From assembly GCA_965248925.1 (NCBI GenBank), contig CBDFLE010000006.1:4416001-4480000 (forward strand): a DNA stretch of 64,000 nt, read 5' to 3'. Shown in pieces: positions 44,820 to 53,838 of the stretch. The position numbers and the translations under genes are program-made. The stretch comes from Candidatus Multivoradales bacterium. GTDB lineage: Bacteria > Acidobacteriota > Thermoanaerobaculia > Multivoradales > J023. The notes beneath the pieces are model-generated. The model worked only from the letters and a program-made list of their open reading frames with translations. It ran no database searches and had not been told where the DNA came from. Positions within the stretch are counted from its first letter, which is position 1. Every line of letters begins with the position of its first letter.

Positions 44820-46544
44820 CTATTTCCCCTTCTGCTCTTCGCGCCACTTCTTGTGGGCAATGGCGCTAGCTTCCCAAGGCTTGCGCTCGAAATAGCTCTT
44901 GGTCAGCTTGACTACCGAGCCGGAAAGCACTACCAGGGCCACCAAATTGGGGAAGGTGACGATACCGAGGGCTATGTCTCCCAGCATCCAGACCGTTGGC
45001 AGGGCAACAACGGCGCCGAGGAAGTGAGCGATGATGAAGATCACTTTGTACGGCAAGATGGCTCTCTTGCCGAAGAGGTAGTTGGCGCTGCGATCGCCGT
45101 AATAACTCCACGAGATAGCCGTGGAGATGCCGAAGAGCAGCACCGACACCAAGACGATCATTCCGCCCCAATCGCCCAACGGAGACAGCCCTTTCTCGAA
45201 GGCCATCTGAGTCAGTGGCGCGCTACTCTCTACCGCCGGTCCCCAGAGGGCCTCGAAGGTTCCACCGGATAGATCGCTGGCGGTACCGCTGCGAGGGTCG
45301 ATGCTGCCGCTGAATGGTTGGTTTAAGTTTTCGTCGAGGTAGAAGTTGTCGACCACTACTTCGTGCCAGGCGAGGCTGGTGTTGCCTTGCGGTTCGCCAT
45401 CGAGGACCTCGAAGGCGGCCGGCTCACCGGCGCTGGCGATGTAGGAGACATCACCACCATTAAGCTCCAGGCGAGTCGGGATGCGGTCGTCCCAAACCCC
45501 GGTGATGAGAATCGCCAAACCGGTCATGGTGCAGATGACCAAGGTGTCGATAAACGGCTCTAGCAGCGCTACGACTCCCTCCGAAACCGGTTCGTCGGTC
45601 TTCGCCGCGGCGTGGGCGATCGGCGCCGAGCCCTGACCTGCCTCATTCGAGAACAACCCCCGGCGTACTCCCCACATCATGGTCACGAGGATGGCGCCTG
45701 TACCGGTGCCGGCAATGCCGGCTGAGGGGTTGAACGCCTCGCGGAAGATCAAGCCGAAGGTGGGCAGAACGTGACTCGCGTTGAGCACCAGGATAATCAG
45801 CGCGCCGAGCACGTAGATGGTCGCCATGACCGGTGCCAGGATACCGGTGACCTTGCCGATTCGGCGGATGCCGCCGAGAATCACCGCTCCCACCAAGATG
45901 GCGGCGAGCAAGCCGGTGATCCAGGGCGCGATGCCGAAGTTGCTGTGAACGATGTCGGCTACAGTGTTGGCCTGGACCGCGTTGCCGGTCAGGAACGACA
46001 CCAAGATCATGGCGCCGGCGAAGAATGCCGCCACCGGCTTGCCGAGCATCTTCCACTTGGCGCCCAGGCCCTTCTCGATGTAGTACATCGGGCCGCCGGA
46101 GACCGACCCGTCCCAAGCCTTGGGGTCCGGATCGTCGAAATCGACCTGGCGGAAATGCTGCGCCAGGGTGACCTCGGAGTATTTGACCGCCATGCCGAGA
46201 AACGCCGTCATCCACATCCAGAACAGCGCTCCAGGGCCACCCCAGTGGATCGCCAACGCCACTCCGGCGATATTGCCAATGCCGACGGTCGCCGACAGCG
46301 CGGTGGTCAGCGCCTGGAAGTGGGAAACGTCGCCAGGTTCGTTCGGATCGTCGTACTTGCCGGAGGTAACGGCGAAACCGTGAGCCAAGTGCCGCAGTTG
46401 GATGAAGCCCAGTCGCAAGGTGAGGAAGACGCCGGTACCGAGCAGGGCGATGACGATGAAGGGAATAGTCTGGTCATCGACTGGAATGCCCCAGCTCCAG
46501 ACGACCCACTCGAGCCATTCGATGATCCTGGTAAAGATGTCCAT
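44820..46544 (-). CDS. Alanine/glycine:cation symporter (AGCS family)
   Basis: SHFQAL..ALSATVGIGNIAGVA, GGPGALFWMW, GGPMYY, RGLFSNEAGQGSAPIAHA, EPFIDT. Confidence 0.95.
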   Translation of the reverse strand: MDIFTRIIEWLEWVVWSWGIPVDDQTIPFIVIALLGTGVFLTLRLGFIQLRHLAHGFAVTSGKYDDPNEPGDVSHFQALTTALSATVGIGNIAGVALAIHWGGPGALFWMWMTAFLGMAVKYSEVTLAQHFRQVDFDDPDPKAWDGSVSGGPMYYIEKGLGAKWKMLGKPVAAFFAGAMILVSFLTGNAVQANTVADIVHSNFGIAPWITGLLAAILVGAVILGGIRRIGKVTGILAPVMATIYVLGALIILVLNASHVLPTFGLIFREAFNPSAGIAGTGTGAILVTMMWGVRRGLFSNEAGQGSAPIAHAAAKTDEPVSEGVVALLEPFIDTLVICTMTGLAILITGVWDDRIPTRLELNGGDVSYIASAGEPAAFEVLDGEPQGNTSLAWHEVVVDNFYLDENLNQPFSGSIDPRSGTASDLSGGTFEALWGPAVESSAPLTQMAFEKGLSPLGDWGGMIVLVSVLLFGISTAISWSYYGDRSANYLFGKRAILPYKVIFIIAHFLGAVVALPTVWMLGDIALGIVTFPNLVALVVLSGSVVKLTKSYFERKPWEASAIAHKKWREEQKGK

Positions 46545-46648
46545 GCAGATCTCTCCTCAAGGGTCCCGGTATCGTCGGCGGACCGCGTCGAGCGGTGGAC
46601 GGTGACGGGACATCGTTCGGTTTTCGGGTTCGGGCAGTGTAGGTTCTA

Positions 46649-47319
46649 TCATGCGCTGTCGGGTCGGCAAAGATCGACGGTGCTGAGATCGAGTTCCATT
46701 TCGAGCTGGCTGATCGGCTGGTGATGAAAGCCGAGCTGGCGGAAGAAGTCGTCGGCCAAGCATGCGGGTAGTCGTGTCGGAACCTGCCAGCCGCGCTGCG
46801 GGAATCGGCGTTCGAGGGCTTCGAGCAGCCGCCGCCCCCAGCCCTGGCGCCGCTGTTGGCGGCGGACGACACAGGGTCCCGTGGAGGCCGCTCGAAGCCC
46901 ACCAGCCGGCGTTGTTCGTTGAAGCCAATGCTGCGGTAAAGCGACTCGGCGACCTCGTTCTGCTCGATCACTTCCAGGATTAGTCGCTGGAAGCCGAGTG
47001 CCGCCAGCCGCTGGCAGCAGCCTTCGATCAGCAGGCGGCCGATACCGGTTCCGCGCCGCGACTCGATCACTCCCATTCCCGACACCCGGCAGGCGTTGCC
47101 CCGCGGCGATACCAGAATAATGGCGACCGGCTGGCTATCAATGCGGGCGACCCGACTGAGATGTAGATCGGTCGAATCGATGCGCAGGCGTTGGGCGAGC
47201 AGCTCGGGAGTGTCCCGGACCTCGACGAAGTAGCCGGCGAACGAACGGGTGAAGAGTTCGGCGAGTTCGCTCACGGGAAACTCACTGGCGGGCACAAACT
47301 CAAGCTTGGCGGCGGGCAT
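46649..47319 (-). pseudogene. Tandem-GNAT acetyltransferase with internal deletion/frameshift
   Basis: First GNAT is intact (RRGTGIGRLL, LEVIEQN, LYRSIGF). Near 46870 the coding frame switches to VVRRQQRRQGWGRRLLEAL...FFRQLGF...QLEMEL, which stops at 46649. Confidence 0.7.
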
Positions 47320-47335
47320 GGGCCGATTCTAGTCC

Positions 47336-49150
47336 TCAGTTCCAGCGCAGCGGGGTGTAGATCACCCGGCCTCTCTTTGGGTCGCGCAACTCGATCGTCA
47401 CCACGCCGGCTGCCCCCTGCAAGCCGCTCATGTCGAGGCTCAGCAGGTAGTGCCCGGTCAAAGTAGCGGCCAGTTGTTCGGTGGCGCGGCGGGCGAATCG
47501 GTGGGTGCGGGCGTAGGTGCCGCCGGTCGAAGCCGCGACATTCTGCAAACCCACCTCCAGCGAGTGGAAGTCGGCATCGGTGACGTCGAGCACCGAAACG
47601 GTGACTCGAGCGGCGGTCAGGGCGCGCACCGCCGGGCGGAACTCGGCGGTCATCCGTACCCCGCCGGCGCCAAAACGGCCCAATCCCCAGCCGAGATAGA
47701 TCAGATCCTTGGCGCCGTCGAGTGGAAAGAGGGCCTGGGCGGTGACGTGCAAGGCCCGCTCGGGGGTGGCAACGTCGCGGGCGGCGGCCTGATTCCAATG
47801 CTCTAGCAACGACGGGCCACGGCCGCGGCGGGGCGCTGGCTCGCCGCCAAAGCGGATCGCCTTTTTCAGGATCTCGCTGATCTGCTGGCGGTCGCGGCTG
47901 AAATCGTGCCACAGGCGCAGGTGCGAGTCGAAAGTCACCACCGCCACGTAGTCGTTGGGATGCAGGGTGTCGAGCAGCTCCGCGACCATCGGTAGCAGGC
48001 GTAGCTGACCGGTAATCCGGAGGGCGTTGAAGTCGGACTGAATGTAAATCACCACCAACTTGCCAGGGATCTTCTCGGCGGCGATGCCGGAACTGGCGAT
48101 CTCTGCCAAAGTCAGATCGGTGTCGGGGGTGAGGCTGTCGAAACTCTGCCAAGAAGAGAGCCAGTCGACCGCTGAAATCGGCACCTCACGCTTCTTGATG
48201 CGGGCGCGAAAATCACTTGGGGCGAGATCGGGGAGTGGCTGGCCCCGGCTGTCCACCACCCGAGCTTCGACGGTCACCAAGTCGACTGAGATCTCGTCGG
48301 CAAACCCATAGGGAGGGTAGAAATTGCCAGCTTCGGCGTCACCGGGACGCTCGAACGAGTTCACCCGCCGAGCGTCGTCGGGGGGGCTGAAGGTGATGGG
48401 CTCGGCAGTCGGTAGCGCGGTGGTTAGGAGGTCGTGCTCGACACGGATCAAGATCTCTTGGTGGTTGGCTGACCAACCCGCGCCCTGGGTCGGCAGCCAG
48501 CTCGCATCGAGCCGAGTTTCGACCCGCCGCAGCAGTCGCGAAGAGACTTCGATCCACAGCGAGGTTTCCTCGCCGGTGGCAAGGCGCGAGGTTTCGAGCA
48601 AGTAGCAGGAGTTCGCTCCAGCTGTTGCCGCGCCTTGCTCACCGCTATCGTCGTCGCAAGGTAGCGGCCCGTCGACATAGGCGGCCTCAGGGTCGGATAG
48701 AGGTTCGACGCTCCCCAGTAGAGTGGCCAGCACGGCCAAGCCTTGGTAGGTGCCATCGCCAAACCCGCGCGCCAACTCACCGGCCAGGGAATCAACGGCC
48801 TGGTACTGGCCGAGTTCGGCGTCGTAGTGGAAGGCCCCGTCAGCACCTCGCCACAGCACATGGTCGCGCCCCGCCTGGTTGCCTTCGAGTGCGACTTGCC
48901 AGCGCAGGTCTTCACCTTGAACGACCGTCTCGAAGCGTAGCAAGGTGCGAAGTTGAGTTCCCTCTGCAGTCGTTGCCAGGCGCTCCAGCTGACCGTGATC
49001 GTGGTAGTGCTCGAGAGCTTGATAGGCGGCTCGGACCTCCTCGAGCAGTTCGAAGGCAGTCGGCCGTTCGGCTGCCGCCGCGCTCCATCCAGAGGTTCCC
49101 AGGAGGATTGAAAGGAGCAGAAGCGAACGGGCGCTGGCAGAGCGAGACAT
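47336..49150 (-). CDS. Secreted LolA-like plus acidobacterial VWA-domain protein
   Basis: Signal peptide; N-terminal beta-rich domain ending LWIEVSSRLLRRVE...FSPP; then VDLVTVEARVVDSRGQPLPDLAPSDF, VAVVTFD, AASTGG, YLLS. Confidence 0.75.
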   Translation of the reverse strand: MSRSASARSLLLLSILLGTSGWSAAAAERPTAFELLEEVRAAYQALEHYHDHGQLERLATTAEGTQLRTLLRFETVVQGEDLRWQVALEGNQAGRDHVLWRGADGAFHYDAELGQYQAVDSLAGELARGFGDGTYQGLAVLATLLGSVEPLSDPEAAYVDGPLPCDDDSGEQGAATAGANSCYLLETSRLATGEETSLWIEVSSRLLRRVETRLDASWLPTQGAGWSANHQEILIRVEHDLLTTALPTAEPITFSPPDDARRVNSFERPGDAEAGNFYPPYGFADEISVDLVTVEARVVDSRGQPLPDLAPSDFRARIKKREVPISAVDWLSSWQSFDSLTPDTDLTLAEIASSGIAAEKIPGKLVVIYIQSDFNALRITGQLRLLPMVAELLDTLHPNDYVAVVTFDSHLRLWHDFSRDRQQISEILKKAIRFGGEPAPRRGRGPSLLEHWNQAAARDVATPERALHVTAQALFPLDGAKDLIYLGWGLGRFGAGGVRMTAEFRPAVRALTAARVTVSVLDVTDADFHSLEVGLQNVAASTGGTYARTHRFARRATEQLAATLTGHYLLSLDMSGLQGAAGVVTIELRDPKRGRVIYTPLRWN

Positions 49151-49263
49151 TGGTAGAGTTTATCAAAGGCGGCCGCGGATCCTGAGCGACTGGTCCTGCC
49201 GCACGCGCTTCTGGTCCCGATCCGGGCGCTGAACCTGGAAGTGCTGGTAGGCTGCGCCTCCCT

Positions 49264-49378
49264 CGACCTTCGAAGAGGGTGGTACTCAAGAAGATACCTA
49301 AGAAGGACCCGATGAAGATACCTAATCGTCACCGACCTCCGAAGAGGGTGGCACCTAGACCAACCCGGTTCGAAGGTC
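49264..49378. repeat. Nested A-B-B-A direct repeats plus long-range inverted repeat in a divergent intergenic region
   Basis: A=CGACCT(T/C)CGAAGAGGGTGG(T/C)AC at 49264 and 49333; B=GAAGATACCTAA at 49290 and 49314; GACCTTCGAA (49265) is complementary to TTCGAAGGTC (49369). Confidence 0.8.
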
Positions 49379-49397
49379 TTTCTGCCAAGAGATCTGC

Positions 49398-51563
49398 ATG
49401 CCGCCAAGGTTGATTTTCCACCATCGTCTAAGGGTTGCTCCGCTGCTTGCTAGCCTCGTCGGGTGCCTGCTCATCGGCTCGCTCGCCGCCGCTGAGCAAT
49501 CGATCGCCGAGGCAGCAGGTGCTGCGACCTCCTCGGCGCTGGTGGCAGAACCTTCGACCCTGCGGCAGGAGCTGCGGGCGCTCATCGGCAGCGCCCGCGA
49601 TCGGGTGTTTCCGGCGTTGGTTTCGATCGAAGTGCTGACCGAGGTTTACTACGGTGGACGGCGACTCACCGGCCATGTTGCTGGTAGTGGCACGTTGATT
49701 TCGGCGGCGGGAGATGTACTGACCAACCAGCATGTCACCCAACGCGGGCAGCGCTTTCTATGCACGCTGTCGGATCGTCGCGAAGTCGAGGCCGATTTGA
49801 TCGGTGAAGATCCGCTGACCGACCTGGCGATCTTGCGTTTGCGCTTGGACGAGCTGAGCCCTGGCGAACTGCCGGTGGCGCATCTCGGTGCCTCGGCCGA
49901 CCTGGAGATCGGTGATCATGTGCTAGCCATGGGTTCGCCTCTGTCGTTGTCGCGCTCGGTCAGTCTGGGCATCGTCTCCAACACCGAGCGGGTCTTCGCC
50001 GGTGGCCTGTTTGGTGGAGAGATCGACGACATGGAACTCGAGCAAGGCCAGCGTACCGGTCTCTTCACCCGCTGGATTCAACACGATGCGCTGATCAATC
50101 CGGGCAACAGCGGCGGGCCGTTGGTCAATCTGGCTGGCGAAGTGGTGGGGGTCAACGAACTCGGGGGCAATGCCATTGGCTTCGCCATTCCCAGCGATCT
50201 CGCCGAGCGCGTCGCCAAGGCATTGATCGAGCATGGGGAAGTGCCTCGTAGCTGGCTGGGGTTGAGTTTCAAACCGATTCGCCGCACCGGTTTGGAGCAG
50301 GGCGTGCTGATTAATTCAGTGGTGGTTGAGGGGCCTGCAGAACGTGCCGGAGTGGCCGCGGGCGATGTCTTGATCAAGTTCGAGGGAGAGCCGTTGACGG
50401 TTCGTTTCGCCGAGCAGCTGCCGGCGTTGCTCGATCGCATCGCCAGCTTGCCCATCGGCAGCACGGTGGCTTTCGAAGTGCTGCGCGATGGCGCCAGCCT
50501 GACCGCTGAGATTGTGACCGAGCGCCTGAATAAGGATTTGGGCGACGAGAAAGTGCTGGTTTCCCTGGGCATCTCGGCGCGCCAGATCACTGCCAAGATG
50601 GCTCGTGATCGCCGCCTCAAGACGACCTTCGGAGTGCTGGTTTCCGGGGTCCGTTCTGGCGGCCCGGCGCAGCTGGCCGAGCCGTCCTTGCAGCCGGAGG
50701 ATGTGCTGTTGGCGGTGGATTCACAACCTTTGAGTGACCTGCGGCAGCTGAGCACCCTGCTCCGTGGCCTCTCAGACGGTGGCCTCACGGACCGCGATGT
50801 CACCGAGGGTGAGCCGCAACCCCTACTGGTCGAGTTTGAGCGCCGCGGTCGCAACCACCTAACCTTGATCGAACCGCGACGGCAGAAGGATCGGGAAGAT
50901 CCGCCGCGGGAGTTGCCCAAGCCGTGGATCGGCATCGAGACTCAACCCCTGTCGTTGCAGTTGGCAGAGCGTTTGGACCTTGGTGGCCAACGCGGCTTCC
51001 GGATTACTCGGGTCTATCCGGGCACCGAGGCCGAGCGGGCCGGGTTGCTGGCCGGTGATGTGCTGGTGGGGCTCGACGGTGCGACTCTGCAACCTAGTAG
51101 TGATGAAGATAGGGGCTTGTTACGGCGCCTGATCCGTCGCCGCGAGATTGGCCAAATGGCTGAACTCGCACTGCTGCGTGACGGTCGGTCGGTGCTGTTG
51201 TCGGTAACTTTGGAACGCACCCGATTGAGCAGGGCGGAAGCAAGGCGCCATCGAGACGAGGACTTCGAGATCTCGGTGCGCGAACTGACGTTCTTCGATC
51301 GCGACGAGAATCGCTGGGACGAGGATCTCCGCGGCGTTCTGGTCGAACAGGCTGAAGCGGGTGGTTGGGTGGGGCTCGGAGGGGTTCGCGCCGGTGATGT
51401 GGTGCTGCGCTTCGCCGATCGGCCGGTGCGCGGCCTGAAGAGTTTTCGCAGTGCTCTCGCCGCGGTCAAGGAGGAGCGGCCGCAGCGGGTAGTGATGGTG
51501 GTGCTGCGGGGTGTCCGCACTCGTTTTCAATATCTGGAGCCGGAGTGGACGCCGGCCGGCTGA
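49398..51563 (+). CDS. HtrA/DegP-like serine protease with about four PDZ domains
   Basis: GSGTLI, LTNQHV, DPLTDLA, INPGNSGGPL; repeated GPAERAG..AGDV PDZ motifs; signal peptide. Confidence 0.92.
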   Translation: MPPRLIFHHRLRVAPLLASLVGCLLIGSLAAAEQSIAEAAGAATSSALVAEPSTLRQELRALIGSARDRVFPALVSIEVLTEVYYGGRRLTGHVAGSGTLISAAGDVLTNQHVTQRGQRFLCTLSDRREVEADLIGEDPLTDLAILRLRLDELSPGELPVAHLGASADLEIGDHVLAMGSPLSLSRSVSLGIVSNTERVFAGGLFGGEIDDMELEQGQRTGLFTRWIQHDALINPGNSGGPLVNLAGEVVGVNELGGNAIGFAIPSDLAERVAKALIEHGEVPRSWLGLSFKPIRRTGLEQGVLINSVVVEGPAERAGVAAGDVLIKFEGEPLTVRFAEQLPALLDRIASLPIGSTVAFEVLRDGASLTAEIVTERLNKDLGDEKVLVSLGISARQITAKMARDRRLKTTFGVLVSGVRSGGPAQLAEPSLQPEDVLLAVDSQPLSDLRQLSTLLRGLSDGGLTDRDVTEGEPQPLLVEFERRGRNHLTLIEPRRQKDREDPPRELPKPWIGIETQPLSLQLAERLDLGGQRGFRITRVYPGTEAERAGLLAGDVLVGLDGATLQPSSDEDRGLLRRLIRRREIGQMAELALLRDGRSVLLSVTLERTRLSRAEARRHRDEDFEISVRELTFFDRDENRWDEDLRGVLVEQAEAGGWVGLGGVRAGDVVLRFADRPVRGLKSFRSALAAVKEERPQRVVMVVLRGVRTRFQYLEPEWTPAG

Positions 51564-51610
51564 GCAACGTCCTGAGCCGCTGCAAGAGCGGATGGATCAG
51601 AGGACCCTCG

Positions 51611-52456
51611 ATGTTTTTTTCTCACCGCCGCCGCATTTTCCTGAACGCTGCTCTGACATTGGTGATGCTAGTGGCTTGGCGTTTGCTAGCCGCGCCTAAC
51701 TCGCCGAGCGAGCTGCAGCAGCGCCTGTTGGCCCATGCTGAGGCGATAGTGACGGTCAAATTTGTCCTGGTGATCGAGATGGATGGTGCTGCCGACAGCG
51801 AGATCGAAGGCGAGGTCAGCTGCTTGGTGATCGCCGCCGACGGCCTGGCGGTGTGCTCGAATTCCGAGCTCGGTGGTTTTGTACCGCTGGTTGGCCGTCT
51901 CATGGGTCGCGGTGGTTCTCTCTCGGCTCGGCCCACTAAACTCGAAGTGCTGCTCGCCGAATGGGGCGCGGGGCTGCCGGCCAAGGTGCTGTCGCGCGAC
52001 TCAGATCGTGATCTGCTGTGGCTACAGATCGAGCTTGGAGAGCACCTCCTGCCCTATCTCGACCTCGCTGATACGGTCGAGCTGAGCCTCGGCGAGACAT
52101 TCTTCACCGTTCGCCGTTTGGGCGCTTTTTTTGGCCGCCAGCTGCTGCTCAGCGAGGGTCGGGTGGGTGCCAAGGTCGAACAACCGCGGCAGCTGTGGGT
52201 GCCGGCGGTGCCCTTGAACGCAGGCTATGGCGTGCCAGTGTTCAATGCGGCCGGCAAGCTAGCTGGAATCACCGTCTTGCAGTTGCCCGACGCCGGTTCG
52301 GCGGGTGCTGGTCTGATGGAGGCCTACCCCGCGTTCCTCACCGGTTCGACCAAATTGCAGGACATGGCTAGCGGCTTGCTGCTGTCGGCCGCTGAGCTGG
52401 GGCGGGCGACCCGCCTGGTGCGTGAGTTGCAGGCGGCGGAGGAGGAGGAGGAGTAG
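51611..52456 (+). CDS. Trypsin-like fold protein lacking catalytic His/Ser
   Basis: AIVTVKFV, CLVIAADGLAVCSN, AKVLSRDSDRDLLWL, GYGVPVFNAAGKLAGI (GNSGG replaced). Confidence 0.7.
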   Translation: MFFSHRRRIFLNAALTLVMLVAWRLLAAPNSPSELQQRLLAHAEAIVTVKFVLVIEMDGAADSEIEGEVSCLVIAADGLAVCSNSELGGFVPLVGRLMGRGGSLSARPTKLEVLLAEWGAGLPAKVLSRDSDRDLLWLQIELGEHLLPYLDLADTVELSLGETFFTVRRLGAFFGRQLLLSEGRVGAKVEQPRQLWVPAVPLNAGYGVPVFNAAGKLAGITVLQLPDAGSAGAGLMEAYPAFLTGSTKLQDMASGLLLSAAELGRATRLVRELQAAEEEEE

Positions 52457-52510
52457 CAGCGGCTACTTGCAACGGCTGCGTCAGCCCAGTCTATTTGTTA
52501 CCCACGGGAG

Positions 52511-52540
52511 TTGACTCAACCGGGCCTGGCTGGATATAGT
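52511..52540 (+). promoter_or_regulatory. Sigma70-type promoter
   Basis: TTGACT-N18-TATAGT upstream of ATG at 52604. Confidence 0.55.
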
Positions 52541-52603
52541 CCGCCAAAATTACCTAATTTTCCGCGTTCGAGGACCAAATACATCCTGAAGGGGACCCTT
52601 TTC

Positions 52604-53734
52604 ATGGAAACTAACCGAGCTGTAAAGCTACTCGCGGTCGTAGGCTGTGGCCTGCTGCTAACCGTCCTTCCCGCCCTGGGCCAACCTGCTACCACTGCCT
52701 TGTCGGCCAGCCCGCCGGAGCAGGCCGGTGGTAACGGCGCCTTGTCCATCCTGGTCGACCAGACATCGAGCTGTGACACCAACGGCTCCACCAGCCAGTT
52801 CTTTCCAGATTTCGGGGGTGGCAGCGAGGCGGCTGACAATTTCACCGTTCCCCCCGGCACGGTGTGGAGCATCGAGAACGTCAATGCCAGCGGCTTCTAC
52901 TCCGCTGCTGGTGCCACCGGCATCGCCAACGTGAACTTCTTCGCCGCGGATGGCGCCGGTGGGCTGCCCGGAACCAATGTCTGCTCCTATCCCTCGCAAA
53001 CCATTACCAGTGGCGTTGGCAGTGGCAATCACGTCATCGACTTGCCTGCAGCCTGCGTGCTTCCCGCTGGCGATTACTGGTTCTCCTCGCAGGCGATCAT
53101 GTCTTTCGTCCCGGACGGTCAGTGGTTCTGGTTCAACAGCTTCGCCAACTTCGGCCCGGAATGGTCATTCCAGGACCCGCTCGACCTGTTCGGTACCGGT
53201 TGTCTTACTTGGGCGCCCCACACCATGTGCGTGGCGCCCAATCCGAACGGCACCACCGATCTCTGCTATTTGATGGCTGGCACGATTTCGGTTCCGGAAA
53301 CCGATCTCGAGATCACCAAGGACGGCGTGTTGGCCGGTTCGCAGATCATCTACACTCTGACCGCGACCAACAACGGTCCTGACGACGCCACCGGCGTCGT
53401 GGTCACCGATGCGCTGCCGGTCGAGGTGGCCTTCAGCAGCGACGACTGCGGTGGCATGGACGTGCCGCCCTGGACTTGGAACATTGGCAGCTTGCTCAAC
53501 GGTGCCTCGGCGACCTGCAACATCACCGTTGACGTGATCGCTGATGTGCCGTCGATCACCAACACCGCTTCGGTGTCTGGTAACGAGACCGATGGCACCA
53601 CCGCTAACAACGACGACTCGACCGACATCGAGTTGGCCGGACCGTTGGATATCCCAACTGCCGGGACCATCGGCTTGTTGGCCCTGCTGTTGGCTTTGGC
53701 CGGTGCCGGCGCGCTGATGCTGCGTCGCCGCTAA
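52604..53734 (+). CDS. Secreted DUF11-domain surface protein with IPTL-CTERM-type sorting signal
   Basis: Signal peptide; DLEITK...YTLTATNNGPDDATGVVVTDALP (DUF11); C-terminal DIPTAGTIGLLALLLALAGAGALMLRRR. Confidence 0.85.
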   Translation: METNRAVKLLAVVGCGLLLTVLPALGQPATTALSASPPEQAGGNGALSILVDQTSSCDTNGSTSQFFPDFGGGSEAADNFTVPPGTVWSIENVNASGFYSAAGATGIANVNFFAADGAGGLPGTNVCSYPSQTITSGVGSGNHVIDLPAACVLPAGDYWFSSQAIMSFVPDGQWFWFNSFANFGPEWSFQDPLDLFGTGCLTWAPHTMCVAPNPNGTTDLCYLMAGTISVPETDLEITKDGVLAGSQIIYTLTATNNGPDDATGVVVTDALPVEVAFSSDDCGGMDVPPWTWNIGSLLNGASATCNITVDVIADVPSITNTASVSGNETDGTTANNDDSTDIELAGPLDIPTAGTIGLLALLLALAGAGALMLRRR

Positions 53735-53784
53735 GCCTGGTTCTCAGCTAGCCACCGTGGTGCTGCAAACACCGCGGTGGCACG

Positions 53785-53822
53785 AAAAGGCCGGAATCCC
53801 GAGTTGGGAATCCGGCCTTTTT
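53785..53822. terminator. Bidirectional rho-independent terminator
   Basis: AAAAGGCCGGAATCCC-GAGTT-GGGAATCCGGCCTTTTT between convergent genes; a second hairpin lies at 53751-53781. Confidence 0.85.
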
Positions 53823-53838
53823 GCCGTGCAGAAATGCC

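Noticed and set aside
49264-49354. Mini-CRISPR or IS-end interpretation of the intergenic repeats
   Set aside because: Only two copies of each unit, an internally repetitive spacer, and no cas or transposase.
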